Below the pieces are notes generated by a model. That model was given only the letters and a program-made list of their open reading frames with translations, was not told the DNA's origin and searched no databases. The position numbers and the translations under genes were made by a program. A stretch of 64,000 bases of DNA from Chrysomallon squamiferum (taxonomy: Eukaryota; Animalia; Mollusca). This document shows, piece by piece, positions 50,553 through 64,000 of the stretch. How positions within the stretch are numbered: position 1 is the first letter of the stretch; each line of letters opens with the position of its first letter. Where the stretch lies: contig CM022665.1 in NCBI GenBank assembly GCA_012295275.1, forward strand, positions 31,558,001 to 31,622,000, read 5' to 3'.

Positions 50553-51271
50553 CCTATAATAAATCTATAATTTTCTATGAAATTAATTACCTGAGCAAAG
50601 TATGTCTTTAATATTTTGTCCAGATTTCTTTTCCTCTTTCTTTATAATAATTCCCCCCCCCTTATTTCTTTTCATTATTTTCACGAAATGTTTTAGATTT
50701 TGTAATCCTAATTCGTGATAAATACTAATCATCTCCTGCTTAGAAGAAGACAGTCAATCAGAGAAGCTTGTAGTAAATATTTCTTTATGCGGTCAAGTAG
50801 AAGAAACGGCCTTGTCTGTCACATATAAAATATTAAAGAGCGAATACCTTGTTACAAAGGCTAAAGAAATAGCAGTGAGAGAGAAGTAGACAGAAGCTGA
50901 GACAGACACACACAGAGAGATACAGACATAATTTATAGATACATATTAAAATACAAATTAAATTAAGAAGTAAACATAAAAAAACATATTAATATGATGG
51001 CAAGCTAAAATATATTTATCTCAGTTCAAATCGTTTTAATGCTTATCTTGACCTGTAATAAAATAGTATACTGGTGATTTAGCTCACGGGTTCTTAATCT
51101 GCGGTCTATGTGTTTTTTCATGCATTGTGTATGAGCATCTTTCTTTGTATGTGTGTGCCTCTGGGCAGTTACGTTATACGTTTCCATCAATCTTTAACAA
51201 AGTTCACAATCCCTAAAAGAAACTCTAACCTTTATTATTATTTGCTAAATTCTGTTTTGTTTATTTTATAT

Positions 51272-51407
<136 letters not shown>

Positions 51408-52185
51408 TCTCTCCCTCTCTCTATCGCTCTCAATTTCTTTATTTTAAGTAGTTTTTAAATTATATTATACAAAATTTAAGATATCATTAATAACTTTCAA
51501 GTATTCTTTTTCAGGAATTATTTTTTAATTCTATATAGTAAACAAAGATATCTAAAAACAAAAACAAAAACACTTGAATACTGGATACAGTACAAAAATA
51601 TTAACATGCACAATGACACACGCACACTCAGATATGCACAGTGCCACATAGTGGCAAACACTAGTTCCTTGGCACACACAAAACATAATCATTTATGACA
51701 TACAGACTGAAAATCACTCAGTTATAAAAAAAATTAAATCTAAAGAACGTAAAAAATTCTACATTGTAGGAGAACATTGCTATAAACACTTGAAAGTAAA
51801 ATTTAACTCGTAAACAAAATGCAAGAACACGGCTTTGACCTCAGTGCGACGTGACATGTCGAAAAGAAGCCGGCGTCTTTAGTAATGAATCACTGTATAT
51901 GTCTAATTTAATTTATATTCTCAGCGCATGATCGAATCCATTATAAGAAATAAGAAATCTAAAAATTAATTAAATAAAATGCATGTTATACGGTTATTAG
52001 AAAATACATATCAGTCTTGTTTTGCCAAAAATTTCGATAACATGTCCAAGGTTAGAGAGATCTTGAAACAGCCGGAAAGTTCACGTTAAATATAAAATAC
52101 TACACGAATGATACATAAGGTCTTTTAGTAAACACTGTGTAACTGAATAACATATAACTGTGAATCATCCTTATGTCCGCATATC

Positions 52186-52307
<122 letters not shown>

Positions 52308-52563
52308 TTTAAACAAATCAATTTCTACCAATGAATAGATAAACAAAATAACATTGAAATAATGGGAAATTTTTTAAAAAGTAGTAGCTGTATTCTAAAT
52401 CCTAATGTAGGAATTCTAAAATATAATAATAGTAATAATATGAAAAATACATTTCATGAATTATAGTCAACAAAGTAGCACCATAATGGAAATCGTAATT
52501 AAAGTATATATTGCACGTGTATTTGTATATACGTTTGGAATTTCCGTACATTTAAACAATACT

Positions 52564-53619
52564 TCAGTCGTGCTGCCCTACAGGAGCGGAGGGAACGTAC
52601 TCAAATACTTCATTACAAACACTAAAATGAACTCCACGCTTCTTGGAACGTTCGGATGAGTTTTTAGTAACGATGACTGGCATGCTGGATGATCTAATGT
52701 TTCTGTGATAAAGCGTCAGGTCATTTGGAACCAATTTTTTGTTTTTCTCGGTTCGTCCCGAGTACACCTTACCTTTCACAGCCAGATCTCCTGCAACAGT
52801 TTTTAAATACCTGCCATGTCCATTAGAATCAGATGTCTGTTTTAACGTTGGTTTCCTTGAAATAAAATCGCCATTGCTGACGAAATATTCTTGTTGTCTG
52901 ATAGGCGGTTTGGTTTTCGTGAAACTCGTCTTGTGATCCGTCTGTCTGATTGTCTGAAGTGGCATTACTGGTATCGTCGACAGAGACGATGATCGTGACT
53001 GACTGTTCAGTCTCACACTGGGTCTTCTTATAGCGAACGTATGCATCCTTTCCATAGGAATTCCAACAGAGATATCACGGCTCTTTTTAACATTGGGATC
53101 CGTTCTGTATGTGACAACATCTTCCAAGAAGTCAATATATCGAACTTTCGCATGACACAACTCGTAGAAATGCGAATTTTGTGTCACCGGCTGCGGTACA
53201 TGAGTGTCGTCCATGCTGAGAGCTGACAAGTCCGTCAACAGTGCATCTTTCTGCTTCGTGAACGAGAGCTTTGAATTACCCAAGTGGCTCGAATCAACTT
53301 TTGTTTGTGGGTACACCGTCCACAATCCGCTAGGCTTAACATCCGTTCCGAATGACCTCCCTTTAAAAGCTCTTTTGAAATTGCTGTTCATGGAATTTCC
53401 ATTCATATCGAGGTAGTTAGGAAAGAAGATGTTTGAAAGACTGACTCTTCTGGGCGAACGAGATGCTACCTTTTGCGAAGAGCTAACGATAGGACGGTAT
53501 TCAACTCCTTCGGTACCGTGTTGGCGTCTAATTGCGTTGGATATCTCTGGAGAAATGTGCATTGGCATAGCAGTCACTGATAATGAACTTGGCGTAATTT
53601 TCATATTTTCATTTCGCAT
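52564..53619 (-). CDS. Uncharacterised 351-aa basic Ser/Arg-rich protein with a C-terminal RVxF-type motif (putative PP1-interacting protein)
   Basis: 1056-nt GC-elevated ORF preceded by an acceptor-like TTATTACTTTTCTAG near 53655. The C-terminus reads KKRGVHFSVCNEVFEYVP. Confidence 0.8.
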   Translation of the reverse strand: MRNENMKITPSSLSVTAMPMHISPEISNAIRRQHGTEGVEYRPIVSSSQKVASRSPRRVSLSNIFFPNYLDMNGNSMNSNFKRAFKGRSFGTDVKPSGLWTVYPQTKVDSSHLGNSKLSFTKQKDALLTDLSALSMDDTHVPQPVTQNSHFYELCHAKVRYIDFLEDVVTYRTDPNVKKSRDISVGIPMERMHTFAIRRPSVRLNSQSRSSSLSTIPVMPLQTIRQTDHKTSFTKTKPPIRQQEYFVSNGDFISRKPTLKQTSDSNGHGRYLKTVAGDLAVKGKVYSGRTEKNKKLVPNDLTLYHRNIRSSSMPVIVTKNSSERSKKRGVHFSVCNEVFEYVPSAPVGQHD

Positions 53620-56600
53620 ATTGTAAAATTGTTTAACGAGACGAAAGCTAAAACTAGAAAAGTAATAAATATGATTTTAGTTTCTATAACAAATCGTAAC
53701 TTATTACTTAACAAACTGGCAACAGAAGATTCCAGCTAGAATGAGAAAATTTTCCACCAAACTAATGATGCTGGGTATTTTTCAAGTTCAGTTGTTTTTG
53801 GAGTAAATCAGCTGTGTGCTGATAATGGCCAGGTTGTAACAACTGACATCAGAAGCCACTTTAAAATGGTTGTAAATTATCTAATTGAAGTATGTTCGTT
53901 ATGTTTATCCGCTTGTAAGTTTACCCCTTCAGTGAAGATGAACAGATGCTATCCTAATAACACTAAGGATTTTTTTTTTTTCACGAGTTTAACAGAAAGT
54001 TGTTGGTGTCATTGCAAACTCGATTTTATCTAACACAAACCAGTTCACTTAAGTTGACGTAGTGCGTCACTGAAACAACTAGACTTTATATTCTTTTGTT
54101 TTCCGTTACAACAATAACCCAGATATTCAGATATTAATACATAGACTGTACTAAAACAGCTTTAACCCAGCTTTTTGTGCGTTTTTTATATATATATATA
54201 TCCAAATGTAATTTTACTTTTTTATTAATCTGAATATCGAATCCATTATTAGGTTAATTCTAAAATAAACTGTCTTCTGCAAAATTGATTTACATATGTC
54301 GATTTGAATCCCTTGAAATCGATATATATATATATTATAAAGATGATTTATATCGCTGCAGCAAAAAAAATCAACTTGAAAACACTGGAACGCACGGATT
54401 ATCGTTACAAACGAAGACGTCTAAACAGCTATCACATCTGACTGCTGACGTAGAGAACAACGCACTGCGATTAATTTTTCTTAATGTTTGTGTTCAAATC
54501 TGATCGTCTCCTTTTATTGTTTACATGCCTGTTTGATGGGCGTTCAGTTTATCCACTAACAGCTGCAGTTAGCCGTAAGAAAAGAGATTCCTTAGCTGTC
54601 ACAAACACACGAATGAAATTCCAGCTAATCCCAATACCACCAGTTATTCCAGCAGATACGTCTTTTAACTTGCTACACGTATTAAACAGGATATTCTACT
54701 TTACTGCAGTGATATAGGTATGAACTACCAGTCACCACGTTTAACTCGTTTGTTTGAGCACAGATCATTATAAGTACTTTTTAGATCCTGGTCGCAGGTT
54801 TTTTGTCTTCTTCTTCTTTCTTACTTGCTGTCTTCGTTTATCTGTCGATGATGACTTGAGGGAACATGCAACAACTTAAGTGATCTTCAGTTTGCTATTT
54901 CAGACACGTACTTAGCAGAAATGATTTGCTGTATGAACTCTCACCTCAGAAATGATTGATAGTTTGCTGATAAAACTGATATCACTTTCGTTTAGTTAAC
55001 TTAATTCACTTCAGTTCTTTAATTTAAAAAGGATATTCATCATCTTAATAGAAATAATTTCTGTTAAACAGTCCTTTTATCATTTGTTATTTGACACGCT
55101 TTAACTGAAATGATTTCTCACATAAAACAAATTCCAGTTCATCGTAGCAGTTAGAGTCATTTTGTGATGAGATTAATTTGTTGATCTATTTTCTCTCGGT
55201 TTTTTGGCGAAGATGAAGACTATAATCTTTCGGTTGTAATAATTTATTATAACACTGGTGTTAAATTTAACATCTTTCCTGGGATTTTATGTTTCTAATT
55301 TGATTGCTCAAAATGGACTTGGATTCTTTACGGAAATAAATTGCTTCAACATGTTTACTTCTAAATACTTGCATATATCAGAACGGAATATTAATTTTTA
55401 TAATGTTATTTAGTGCAGTTGCATTACAAATAACTGATAGAATATTTTTACGTCAGGATAAGAAATAACTGTGTGACTGAACACGCAACTTTCATTTTCA
55501 TAACAATATTCAAAGCAGTTCCGCATTAAAACGTTTTATAACACAATGTCAGCAGCACGACAGCTTTTCTAATCTAGCTTCAGACACGCACGCTGACGTT
55601 CACTTCAAAAAAGACTTTATCATTCACTTAATTTGCTTTTACAAGTTTTCAGGCATAACAGGTTTTCTGTCATGCAATAAGCATTCAACGAAAACCATTG
55701 TACCCCATTTTTTATGTTTTTCTTTCACAGAAATTAAATTGAAATATTCATGGCTGGTATCCATTCTCAAGAAACATCTTGTCGTGATCATGGATATCAA
55801 AACGCTTCATAACTTGTAAGATCGTATTTGGCAACATAACATGTTTGACCTTTCAGTCACTGGTCATGTTAATTAGTCAACTGATTTCGTTTTACAATCC
55901 TACAGGCACTGATAACGAGAAATACAACACCGTTATGATGAAATAGTGCCACTTTAATTTGCAGGTAACCCAAATACGCAAAGTGCAAGAAAACAAACGA
56001 CTTTCTTTCACACTGTCACTGATTGGCCACATACTTTACAATAACGTATTGGTTAAAAGGGCAATATTCAAGCTAGATATATTAAAAAACACTTTAGATG
56101 GCAATAAGACAGTGAAAGAGAACAATATTTCGTTCAAAAGAGAATAAACCGATCGAAAACAAATATGAGCAAGTGACGCCATCAGCAGTCGTATTGACTT
56201 TTCTGTCAGACGGTGTATTAACGACTATTAAATCGTTTCAGCGTGGTTGTATCTCGCCAAGTCTCGACATAAGCTGAATAAATATTATCTAAAAACACAT
56301 CAGGCTGTAGACCTCTAGATGCTTTGACAACTCAAACCTTTTCACAAAGCGACTCCGTCTTTGTGTATGGGGTCACGAAATGTGAATATGACAAAGATGT
56401 CGGTGTGGCTGATAACTCTTGGACGAAATGAAAAGTACAAATTGCTATTTGGCAGTTAAACATCAAACGCAGTTTTCTAACATTTACCTGTGTCTGCTAA
56501 AGAAGGGAAATAAAGGAGAGAAAACGTTTTAATAATAAAATAATACGAGTAATAGTTTAAAACAATCTCAGTACAGTTATTACAAATTTTAATTATGTAT

Positions 56601-56685
56601 AGAAATAAATTTAGCTTTTAAAATAACAAAGTCAAATAAACTAATGAATTAATGAAAAGAAGAAGAGAAAGCAGAATGCCGAACC

Positions 56686-56755
<70 letters not shown>
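56686..56755. repeat. (CA)n microsatellite
   Basis: Directly visible. Confidence 0.95.
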
Positions 56756-56757
<2 letters not shown>

Positions 56758-57631
56758 TTTCATATCTGTTCTTCCATCCATTTGTGCAGGCAGGGAGTGT
56801 TTGTAAATACCTCATATGTTTACTGTATAAATATCAAACTATTATGTCATTATAATTAACCAGAAAGTAACTAATGCACAAAGGATTCACTGAAATATCA
56901 AACGTCTAAATACTTCCTGTTAATGAAAAATAACGATATACGCAAAATACTTTAGTCAGGTATATATCTTACTCTCACTATAACTTGCACGACTATTATA
57001 CTCTTCAAAAACAAATAATCAAAAGTATTAAGAGAACAGTTTGTTTAATACGGATGTGTTCTGACTTGAAGCTAATATAAAAACGATCTGAACACGCTAA
57101 AAGGAATATTAACTGAACAGTGACATAAATATTGTTAGTTTTATCTGTTCTGTACAAACACATGTCGCTATAAATTATGCTGTAGAATCCATAAACTATA
57201 CCCTTCGAATATTTTTTGTTAGTGCATGCTAAGGCCATATAGAAAAAGGATTAGTGGAAAATTTATTTTATTTAACTGATCTTAATGTTTAATAAGCAGT
57301 TATAAAGTATTTTTTATTATTTTCTAAGTAACAGTTGACTGCGTGTTTTGTCTGCTGTATTCCCCAATAACTTTTTATTTTATTTAACTGATGGTTATTA
57401 AGTACATACACTTATAATACTGCAGGATAAATATTATACTTTCATTTATGCACAAGTCGTTTTTATTGTAACGTTTTTGCGAGGTTTGAGGTCGGAGGTT
57501 AATCATGTTCGATGTACTATTGGAATCATTTCCCATTCTAAACAATGCTCTACGACTTAACAAAAGCAGTAGTTCATGCTTCAGATATATATGTGTGTAT
57601 GTGTGTGTGTGTGCGTGTGTGTGTGTGTGTA

Positions 57632-57668
<37 letters not shown>

Positions 57669-58244
57669 CGTATTAGTAATAATATTGTATCCAGAGTGAA
57701 GAATAAATTAAAGAAAGAATGAATGAATAAATGTCAGTAGAAAAAAAAAATCCCAGTTCAGTTGATGAGTATTATCGGCACTGAATTGTACATAGTGTTT
57801 CGAGTTAACAATGAAGTGTCATCGTTGATATAATAGCGAATAAAGACGATATTAACAGGTTAATGATGAAAATGTATCTCATGTATCTTGTCTAGAAATA
57901 CGGATGTACGATCTGGACGTTACAGAAAACATCATCATCATTTTTATTATTATTTGTATTATTATTATTATCATCATTATCATAATCATCATCACCATCA
58001 TTATTAATCCATTAAAAAATTAAATGCTTCCTTTACATTTAAAAATAATTTCACTAATAAGGTTTCTTGAGAATTGTCGCTTCGACTTGTTTTTCCAATA
58101 GCTATAACAGACGGGGTTGTCTCTCTTTAAATGACGATAACTTGATAATATCGAAATAGTTTATTTTTTTCCAATACTAGTTATTAATATGATGTTTAAA
58201 TTAGTACATAAAAATATAAATAATAAAAATCTTTCCAACACAAT

Positions 58245-58245
58245 G

Positions 58246-58305
<60 letters not shown>

Positions 58306-58345
58306 TTTATTTTTATCATTATTATTGTTGTTGTTGTTGTTGTTG
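58245..58345. repeat. (ATT)n/(GTT)n microsatellite
   Basis: Directly visible. Confidence 0.9.
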
Positions 58346-58891
58346 TGGGCCGAAAGAGCTGTGGCCTCGTGCATCCAATCAGAGAAAAGAACTTAATACA
58401 TTTAGTTGATTTATATTTAAATCGCATAAAGTGTTTAGTTTATGTTTCAACTATGTTTACATATTCAAAATAATCTTCCTTTCTCATAATATTTCTCAGT
58501 ACTAGACCTTATACTTGTCTTTGAGGCATGCAATCAAGGAGTTGGCCCCGGTTATCACCACACCTCTGCACACCACTGCTTTTAAGTTTTATTTATTGAT
58601 ATGCTTCTTTTTTTTAATGTTTTAATGTAAGTATTTATTATTTACAGTAACATTGGCAATAGTTGGTTTATATCGAATATTAACAGTTTGTAGGGTTGTT
58701 GTTTTGTATCTAGAACCTATAGGCCTACGTTTTAATATTGTTGTATTTTCGTGTTCATTCAGATTTAGAGTAATGCCCCTTACTTATTCTTTCGAAGGAA
58801 AAAAACACTTTAGGTCTACACAAAAATATTGCGAAACAAACGACACGTGTATTCTGTTCGCTACATTTCATTTTACTTGTTTAAATTAAAC

Positions 58892-60387
58892 ATGGGGCGA
58901 TTGGCTCGAAAGAAACAACATAAAGGAGATAAGCCATTGAAAGAGAAGTACAGGACAAAAAGGAAAACGAAAGATCTCGATCAAATCCACGAAGATTTAC
59001 TTCCACAGAATGCTCCTAAAATGTTGAATCAAGATATTGATTACGATAAACCAGGAACTGCACAATTTTATTGTCTTCACTGCGCGTATGTAAAGTTTCA
59101 GAAATGTGATTAATAATTATCAGTGCTCTTAACTGCAAGTAAATATATTTTGATTACTTACGTAACTTAGATACTCAAACGAACAATTTTGTGTTAACTT
59201 TGACAATAAAAAATGTTTATTGATTATGTGTAAAATTACATCACTATATGTACCCAAAACAGGATATTAATAACGTTTATGTTTTGTTTTTTAATCAACA
59301 TTTGACTTGTGTTACTGACAACAACTCACTTGATTTTCTCCATTAGTTTATCATTTATGGCATCAGTATTAACATAAAATTCAATAAAATAAATTTTGAA
59401 AATACAGTCACTAAAAAATCTCAAATTTTTGCAGTTTCAATCATTGAACTCTTTTGTAAAATGTAGGCTGAATTAAAAGTAACTGAGTCAAAATCACTTA
59501 ACAAAAATAATAATTATAATCATCCAGGGAAAAAATATAAATTTAATTTCTATTTGGGTGTTTACTTCATTATCCAGTTCTTCTACTTTGGGAAAAATTG
59601 AAATTATTAGAAATTGTCAGTTTGAAAAGGATTTTGTAGTTAAACAAAAGAATAAGACAAAAATGTGAATGAAAAAAAATGAAAATATGGATCATGTTAA
59701 AAGTAACTTAAGTGTGATAAAGTGTTTGAAAATAATTATTTTTATTTTCTTCTTCTTCTATGTATATATACATTTTTGCTTTTTCAGTAGATATTTCATC
59801 AACAACACTGCACTGAAGGATCATTTTAAGACAAAACCACACAAAAGAAGGTTTGATTAATCTGAAATAATTTAGTGTTTATAACAAATATTCTGTGTGC
59901 ATAAAGTTAAACAGTTTAGATCTGTATTGTAGTTTATATTGAAATATATATCAATTTATCAAATTTTATTTCTGCATAAAGTAAAATATTAAAGAAATAA
60001 GTTAACCCAGGAAAATTACATTTTTCTTCTATTTTCATTATTTTTAATGCAGAGAAATTGATCAAGGTTTGTGTAATATTTTGTAGATCATTTTTGTGAA
60101 TAAGTGTTAAATTGCTATATTTTATATGTTGGGAGAATATTAAATAATATTTTGGCTGAAGTATTATGGTAATTGCATCAGGATAACATTCCTATTAATA
60201 TTCTAATAACAAAATACTTTATTTATTCTTGAAGTATTCAGAAAGTAATTTTTTTAAATTTGTATCTTTTTTGAAAATGGACATAAAATGAAATTATAAA
60301 GATATTTTTAAATAGTTACAGATTATAATATATATTATTTAAAAGATTTTTTATTTTATTTTTTTATTATTTATTTATTTACTGTTT

Positions 60388-60457
<70 letters not shown>

Positions 60458-60629
60458 ATAAATGTTTTAACTTTTCCATTTTAGAATAAAAGCTCTTCAA
60501 ATTGAGCCATACACACAAGAAGAAGCAGACAGAGCTGCTGGTATGGGGTCATATAAAAAACCTAAATTTGTAAAAGTTGAAACTCAGCCATTGAAAGAAG
60601 ACATGGACATTGTTGATGTGCCTACATAG
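58892..60629 (+). CDS. ZNF593: Zinc finger protein 593 (Bud20 homologue, 60S biogenesis), 133 aa. Exons: 58892-59085, 59788-59850, 60485-60629
   Basis: GT-AG introns, 402 nt in frame. Translation [13 protein letters not shown]...[12 protein letters not shown]...[60 protein letters not shown] matches the family (single C2H2 finger, EPYxQEEAxRAAG motif). Confidence 0.96.
60393..60454. repeat. (TA)n microsatellite just upstream of the ZNF593 exon 3 acceptor
   Basis: Directly visible. Confidence 0.95.
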
Positions 60630-61733
60630 ATAAACAAATAATATTGTTATTTAGTACATTTCTTCATAATTGTATTGTATGTGTATGTGTGTGTGTGTGT
60701 ATAAATATGAATATACATGTATGTATTTTCATACATACATATGTGTGGATTTCTGTATGTATACAAACACAAACATGTATGTTACAATATGTTTCTGGTT
60801 ATTTTCAGATCAATAATAATGATAACAAATAAGACTGATCTTGTGTTTTTCATTTGTAAAATGTTAATTATTTCTGAGCTTTGATTTATCCTCCAGGCAT
60901 TTTTTTTTATCTGTTTAGAGGAGTCACAGACAAATTAACAGATATGTATGTACCTTTCAGCAATTCCTTTTCACTTCACAGCAATTTTTATGTATTTAAA
61001 CAGGTTTATTCATACTAGCATTCTGTTGGTAAATTAATCAATGAAACATATCAAAGACCAAATTAATTTCTAGATCTAGCCTCTTTAATTTTAACTTTTA
61101 AAGGATTAAAACTAATTTCAAATTTTCCAACATGTGTTTTTTACGTTGTAATTCAATAGGATAATAATTCGAATGATATTGGAAGATAAAAAGCTGCAGA
61201 GATCATATTAGTATCCTAATTTTGCTTCATTTAGTTATCTTTGAAATAATTTGTTTTGACACAATAGCCTCAACATTACAGGTATAGTTTCAAAAATAAT
61301 AATAAATGATTTATTTAGTACTGTGGGTGATACTTACATTTTGCATTAATTTTCAAAATGTTTTGATGGTTTTAATTTAAAAAATTGTTTATTATCCCTG
61401 ACTACGTTACTGTTTTATACTTTATTGCCAAAACTGCTTGTGGTAAGCAGGAGACAAACTGACCCCCATTGTCAAGATACCAGTCAGTGCATGATGATTT
61501 GATTGTGATTCAGTTTCTGAATATTAATGCTTTAAGAAGAAGAAGAATTAAAAAGTAGTAATAAATACGAAATTATTATCAGTATTCCTCTTCCAGTTTT
61601 TCACATCAAATGGATAATGAACAATTATTATTTTTCTGTTTATGGGACACTGTATTAAATTTCATGTGGTACAATTCAGGATAGAGAACAGATTAATGAC
61701 TGTTCGCTTATCCACAATATGTTTAACCTTTTT

Positions 61734-61766
<33 letters not shown>

Positions 61767-62146
61767 GTTTTATTTTTTTTTATTATAATTTTTTTTTTTC
61801 TGCCATCTCTTCTTGTATATGCTTATTTCCATTTATTTTCCAAAACAGTCAACAGTTGCAATTATTAAACCCACATGTTTCAAATAAATAAATATTACAC
61901 AAAACAGCCATTCTGTGCGCAAAAATAATCAAATACTTTCTGTTAGCACTGTCTATTTTAATAATAATACAAAATGTAAATATATATATATATATTGTGT
62001 GAATCCACACTGTATTGACGGTTGCCACTTAGCAGTATGCTAAACCACTTTTAACAGTAAAACAGTAAAAATGTGACTGTCACATAGCTAAATGGTGCAA
62101 AACGAACACGCTGAAAACGTTAATACCACTTTTTTTTTACTTTATT

Positions 62147-62178
<32 letters not shown>

Positions 62179-62441
62179 TTATTTTTTTTTTTTTTTTTTT
62201 TTACTAGAGGTCGTTGCTAGCCATTTATATATGGCAAATAAGGTTTTGGATATTTTCCTTTGTATTCTTAATATTGTATTATTATGTAGAGAAAGCATTT
62301 TGGTTCTGACACTTAGAACTTAGTGGGCGGAGTGCATCGAAATGACGGAAATGTCATTCATTATGAAATATATCCAGTTTTATTTTTATTTAATATATTT
62401 TATTTAAAAGAAAAAGAAAAAAGAGTTAATTAATTGTCGTC

Positions 62442-62475
<34 letters not shown>

Positions 62476-63286
62476 CTGTTTATTATTTTAGTTATTCTAT
62501 TTATTTATTTATTATTATTATTCCAAATAATTAAATGCGACTGAACTTTAAAACAGTTTAACGTTTCAATCTATTTCAATTCATCTAGGTGTGCTGAGTA
62601 ATACTGAATATAAATTATTGGTGAATTAGAACAAAGATAATGGTATATGTAATTAATAAAACATTATAAATGTGACTCACTTTATTAATGTCCTACATAC
62701 ATAAATACAAAGTGCAAATCTTTTTACACCAGGCATGCCAAAATGAATACCAAGTGCTCATTAAATGGGTGTGTCAAGACCACAAAATGATTGCCTGCAC
62801 GAAATATTTATTGTGAACAGTGTTCATGCATGCATGTGTGCGCGCACGTCGTTTATTACATATTTGTGGGGGGGGATGGTTGTTTGATAAATAGCCAATA
62901 CATTTTTGTGCAACAAAAAGATGTCATTTTCATAGAAATGGTTCATATCTCAGCTGAATGTTCTTCTAAAAATAAAATGTTTCTGATCACAATTTAAGGT
63001 TTAATTTCAAATGGTTTATTTATTTATTCAGGTTTCTTGTTCTCAACAGACCAACTGATCAACAAATGAATTCAAAGTAATATTTTCATAATTTTCAGAG
63101 AGGAGTTCAGACGTAGTTAAATTGTCCAGAAGCTAATTAAGAAAGCTATTTTCATGTAGCTGAAACAAACGTGCACTGATTGTTCCGAATTCCTTTCAAT
63201 GGATTTTTGTTCACCTATTGGTAATAAAATTATGATCGAAAATTTTCATTTTATATTTTAAAAGAACAAAAAGATAAATACATATA

Positions 63287-63429
<143 letters not shown>

Positions 63430-63948
63430 CACATACCTACACAATAAGTAATAACATTTTAAAAACTACAATTAGTTTACGGTTACTTTGCTTTTAGTGA
63501 ATGATTAAGTGTTTCAAAATCTTATTTTATATACATACATACATACATAATATTATAAATGTATATTATTAAATAAAGACAAAACAAAAAATAAATAAAA
63601 TAATAATAATAATAACAAGAAAACGTTAAATAATATTCATATTTTCTTCCTCTCTAACCAGCAGAGGGATCCAGTTAGCTACAGATTTGCTACAAATTTT
63701 AAAAATATGAACATATAAACAGATAATCTATCCTTACAAATTTTCTTCATTTATATATTACAGTCACGCTGAGATATAAATTGTATAAATTAACAAATCT
63801 AGCATTATCTTGAAATTTTGAGGTACACACTAGTTCTGTTACCATCTTAATTTTTGCTCAAAGTGTTTTACTGGTTTCATTTGTTAAACTGCAGTAAGTA
63901 GTAATATGCTAAGACATTAAAAGTTTCAAAAAGAATTTCAGTCAAGAA

Positions 63949-64000
<52 letters not shown>

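Noticed and set aside
61490-61520. ATGATGA...CTGA box C/D-like pair
   Set aside because: Only about 30 nt long, no terminal stem, and not in an identified intron.
62320-63110. GC-box and acceptor-like sites suggesting another gene start
   Set aside because: No supportable exon or ORF within the window.

Overview
AT-rich, microsatellite-dense animal genomic DNA, most likely invertebrate (possibly mollusc; the taxon is an inference). Two conserved spliced housekeeping genes flank the window on the + strand: the 3' part of CDC5L (14 exons, 530-8287, N-terminal Myb repeats lie upstream of the window) and a complete 3-exon ZNF593/Bud20 gene (58892-60629). A CDC5L intron holds a clear box C/D snoRNA whose guide matches U39/U55 (SNORD55). 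Between the two genes lie about 47 kb with three large minus-strand coding exons (610, 378 and 351 aa) for basic, Ser/Arg/Pro-rich, probably disordered proteins I do not recognise; each carries an RVxF-type PP1-docking motif. The 378-aa exon has no ATG at its start, and four to five scattered ATG-containing mini-exons with phase-0 donors can each splice onto it. Its acceptor reads CAG|GTGAGT, which recreates a 5' splice site, and a second site CAG|GTCAGT lies upstream of the 610-aa exon. This suggests a multi-promoter locus that may be recursively spliced. The window also has a Tc1/mariner-type MITE, an exact 208-bp duplication, minisatellites and a visible CpG mosaic. Everything was read by eye; no searches were run.
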